This document shows, in pieces, positions 61,925 to 64,000 of a DNA stretch of 64,000 bases. Location of the stretch: positions 56,234,001-56,298,000 of the forward strand of contig OZ287749.1 in assembly GCA_965649765.1 (NCBI GenBank). Reading direction: 5' to 3'. How positions within the stretch are numbered: position 1 is the first letter of the stretch; each line of letters begins with the position of its first letter. The stretch comes from Bispira polyomma (taxonomy: Eukaryota). The notes beneath the pieces were generated by a model. That model was not told the DNA's origin. It saw only the letters and a program-made list of their open reading frames with translations, and made no database searches. A program made the translations under genes and the position numbers.

Positions 61925-62086
61925 ATGTGGGAAAGGTGGTAGTTCCTTACTGTGGGCCGCTGGTTTCTCTGCAGAACCTTGACCGACTGTATGCAGTGTT
62001 TCCTCCAGCGTTTCCAACTACCCGTCCCAATATAACCTACTAAAAGGTACTAGAGTGGACGTTAAATATCCAAATTCAAATTCAAA
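61925..62086 (+). mobile_element. 5'-truncated young SINE, same family as 9217-9455
   Basis: Apparently identical to the 3' part of the 9217 copy; (CAAATT)n tail; 15 bp TSD ttcttatcttcttca at 61910-61924 and 62087-62101. Confidence 0.92.
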
Positions 62087-63689
62087 TTCTTATCTTCTTC
62101 AGTATCTTTTTTCATATTTTACCATTTACTTGTTATTCTTTTCATAGTGATGACTAATGCAAGTTTCAAGGTGTTGTCGTACTGTTTCTTTTATGATGGT
62201 AACATATATAAAAATCCATATTCAGAACTAAATATGGTTTATTATGAGTGTCAAGAAACTAAGTATATTAAAATAACTTTCTCTATTTGATCAGCTTTAA
62301 TCCGTTTACAGTGTTATTCCGTAATCCAATCAGTTCTATTTTGAAAACCTGAATATAGTGTTAACGGTTGCAGGGGCTGTTATAAAACAAGCTAAAACAC
62401 GCACATTGACAATAATAAGAAATCAAATTTATAATTACGGTTGGAAATAACCTATGTATATATATATTTGTATTAAATATATATAATAGTTAACATAATC
62501 ACTGTTATAACAATACAATGTAATAACTAACAAAATAATGAAAGTAAGTAGACAAATACAAATATTAAGAAAACAGGGCAGCACTACAGTAGCAAATTGT
62601 GAGTTATATCTGAATGAGTGTCACAGGTAAAAGAAGGGCACCTCCATATTTGTATTCAAAAAGCAATAGAACATATATATGTGCTTTATGCATTCTTTCC
62701 TAAATAGAGTATGAAATGATAACATATACATCAATTTTGCCATTAAGATAGATAAAATCACCTTTTTTATCACACATAAACATTAAATGGCATATAGTTA
62801 TGCATACAATAGCCTGCTATGCTTTACCATACATAAAATAGTATATTATTGTACAACCATGACTTAAACACTTAAAAGACTAAATTGATTAAAAACATGT
62901 GTATTAATTCTGCAATTTCCACCTTAACATTCTTCTCCTGGTCACGGCTGAACTCTGATCACGAATCTTTTCTCCTATCAGACTATTCTTTAGCATACTG
63001 AGTGTGATGTGTGCGATGCCTTGATTGTGGTGTGATATAACTAAAAACATCAACATAAATTAGCAATTGGCCACACTGATGTTTTAAACACAATAGTGTA
63101 TCATCTGTATAGATTTAGAATGGTTAATGTCAATAACATGGCTTTAAAATGTCCAAATTAACCTGTATTGTAACTTGCAATGAAACTGATATTTTGTGTA
63201 CCAATCTGTTCGAGAATTAATTATATCTTAAATCATTAACATTATTAGACAATGAGTGCGTTAAGGGCTAGGTAATGTTGTTTATATTTTGCTAAATTTT
63301 ATATATGTATTATAACTACATGTTATTTACTACATAAAAAAATGACAGATATGGCTGTGCAAGAAATTGGTGGTGACATGCATCAGACACTGTTAAAACT
63401 ATAGGGGAATTATGCCTAATGATTACTGATGATTTAAAGACAAATAGTCAAATTGTACCTTGTAAAAGTAGCTGATGTACCAATAGACACACTTAAGTGT
63501 TATTATTAATGAGTTATTATTGTTTTAGAATGTTACAAAAATGCAGATAGAACACAAAGAAATAGAACTATCACATTTTTGGGAGACGAATTATAACTGA
63601 GGGGGAACCACGCAAGAAACCTCGGTAATCAGATTGCAGGAAACATAATATATTAACACTACAAATGAAACGTGGCGAAACATTCACAA

Positions 63690-64000
63690 TCATTTTAGAA
63701 CATTGCGGCCCAACAACTGCAAAAGGTTGGAATCAGAGGTATTGGCTGGTAGTGTATAATTAGGTGATGGGTGGTTTGCCAATGTCCTGGTGTGCCAAAC
63801 TAATATAGTGGTACAGTTATTAGCTTTAGGCTCTATGTCAGCCTTGCTGATCTTCAAAGACTCCAACAGCTTTGATTCCATGTATCCTGCAGTTTTATTG
63901 CTGAGCATGGGAGCCCCACTTTTTAACCAAAAGGTAATATTGATAGACATGCTAGCCATATCAACTGGAAACTTTCTTCCCATCCATGAATCCACAAAAC
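63690..64000 (-). CDS. B3GAT: 3' end of a GT43 galactosylgalactosylxylosylprotein 3-beta-glucuronosyltransferase (GlcAT/B3GAT-like), truncated by the window edge
   Basis: 'RKFPVDMA', 'GYMESKLL' and 'DIEPKANNCTTILVWHTRT' are the recognisable GT43 C-terminal motifs; TGA stop at 63690-63692. The specific paralog cannot be assigned. Confidence 0.92.
   Translation of the reverse strand, partial: FVDSWMGRKFPVDMASMSINITFWLKSGAPMLSNKTAGYMESKLLESLKISKADIEPKANNCTTILVWHTRTLANHPSPNYTLPANTSDSNLLQLLGRNVLK

Overview
AT-rich eukaryotic genomic DNA from an invertebrate, probably a lophotrochozoan such as a mollusc (inferred from the repeat and gene content), with one assembly gap at 48194-48360. The main content is a complete multi-exon gene on the minus strand encoding a Cys-less ('Pro-loop') pentameric ligand-gated ion channel subunit of about 453-454 aa. 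I assembled it by eye from GT-AG bounded, phase-compatible exons at 37122-37250, 31189-31386, 23750-23896, 15495-15605, 11159-11314, 10511-10634, 10027-10103 and 8797-9030. Two homologous phase-0 candidate first coding exons (53445-53633 and 43268-43453) can each splice to this body. A third homologue of that exon (3230-3472) probably starts a tandem paralog that leaves the window on the left. None of these N-termini is a signal peptide: each has a short heptad 'AIKSL' helix and an [ST]-[LM]-x-G-[ILM]-G motif. Together with the missing disulfide, no N-glycosylation sequons in the core domain, an acidic M3-M4 loop and a long basic tail, this suggests an atypical, possibly inverted or intracellular-sensing channel family (inference). 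The right edge holds the last coding exon of a GT43 beta-1,3-glucuronyltransferase. Introns contain a ~3.2 kb tandem duplication, minisatellites seeded from an exon splice donor and from the stop codon, young tRNA-derived SINEs with target-site duplications (TSDs), many MITEs, and L2, Tc1 and DIRS/Ngaro remnants.
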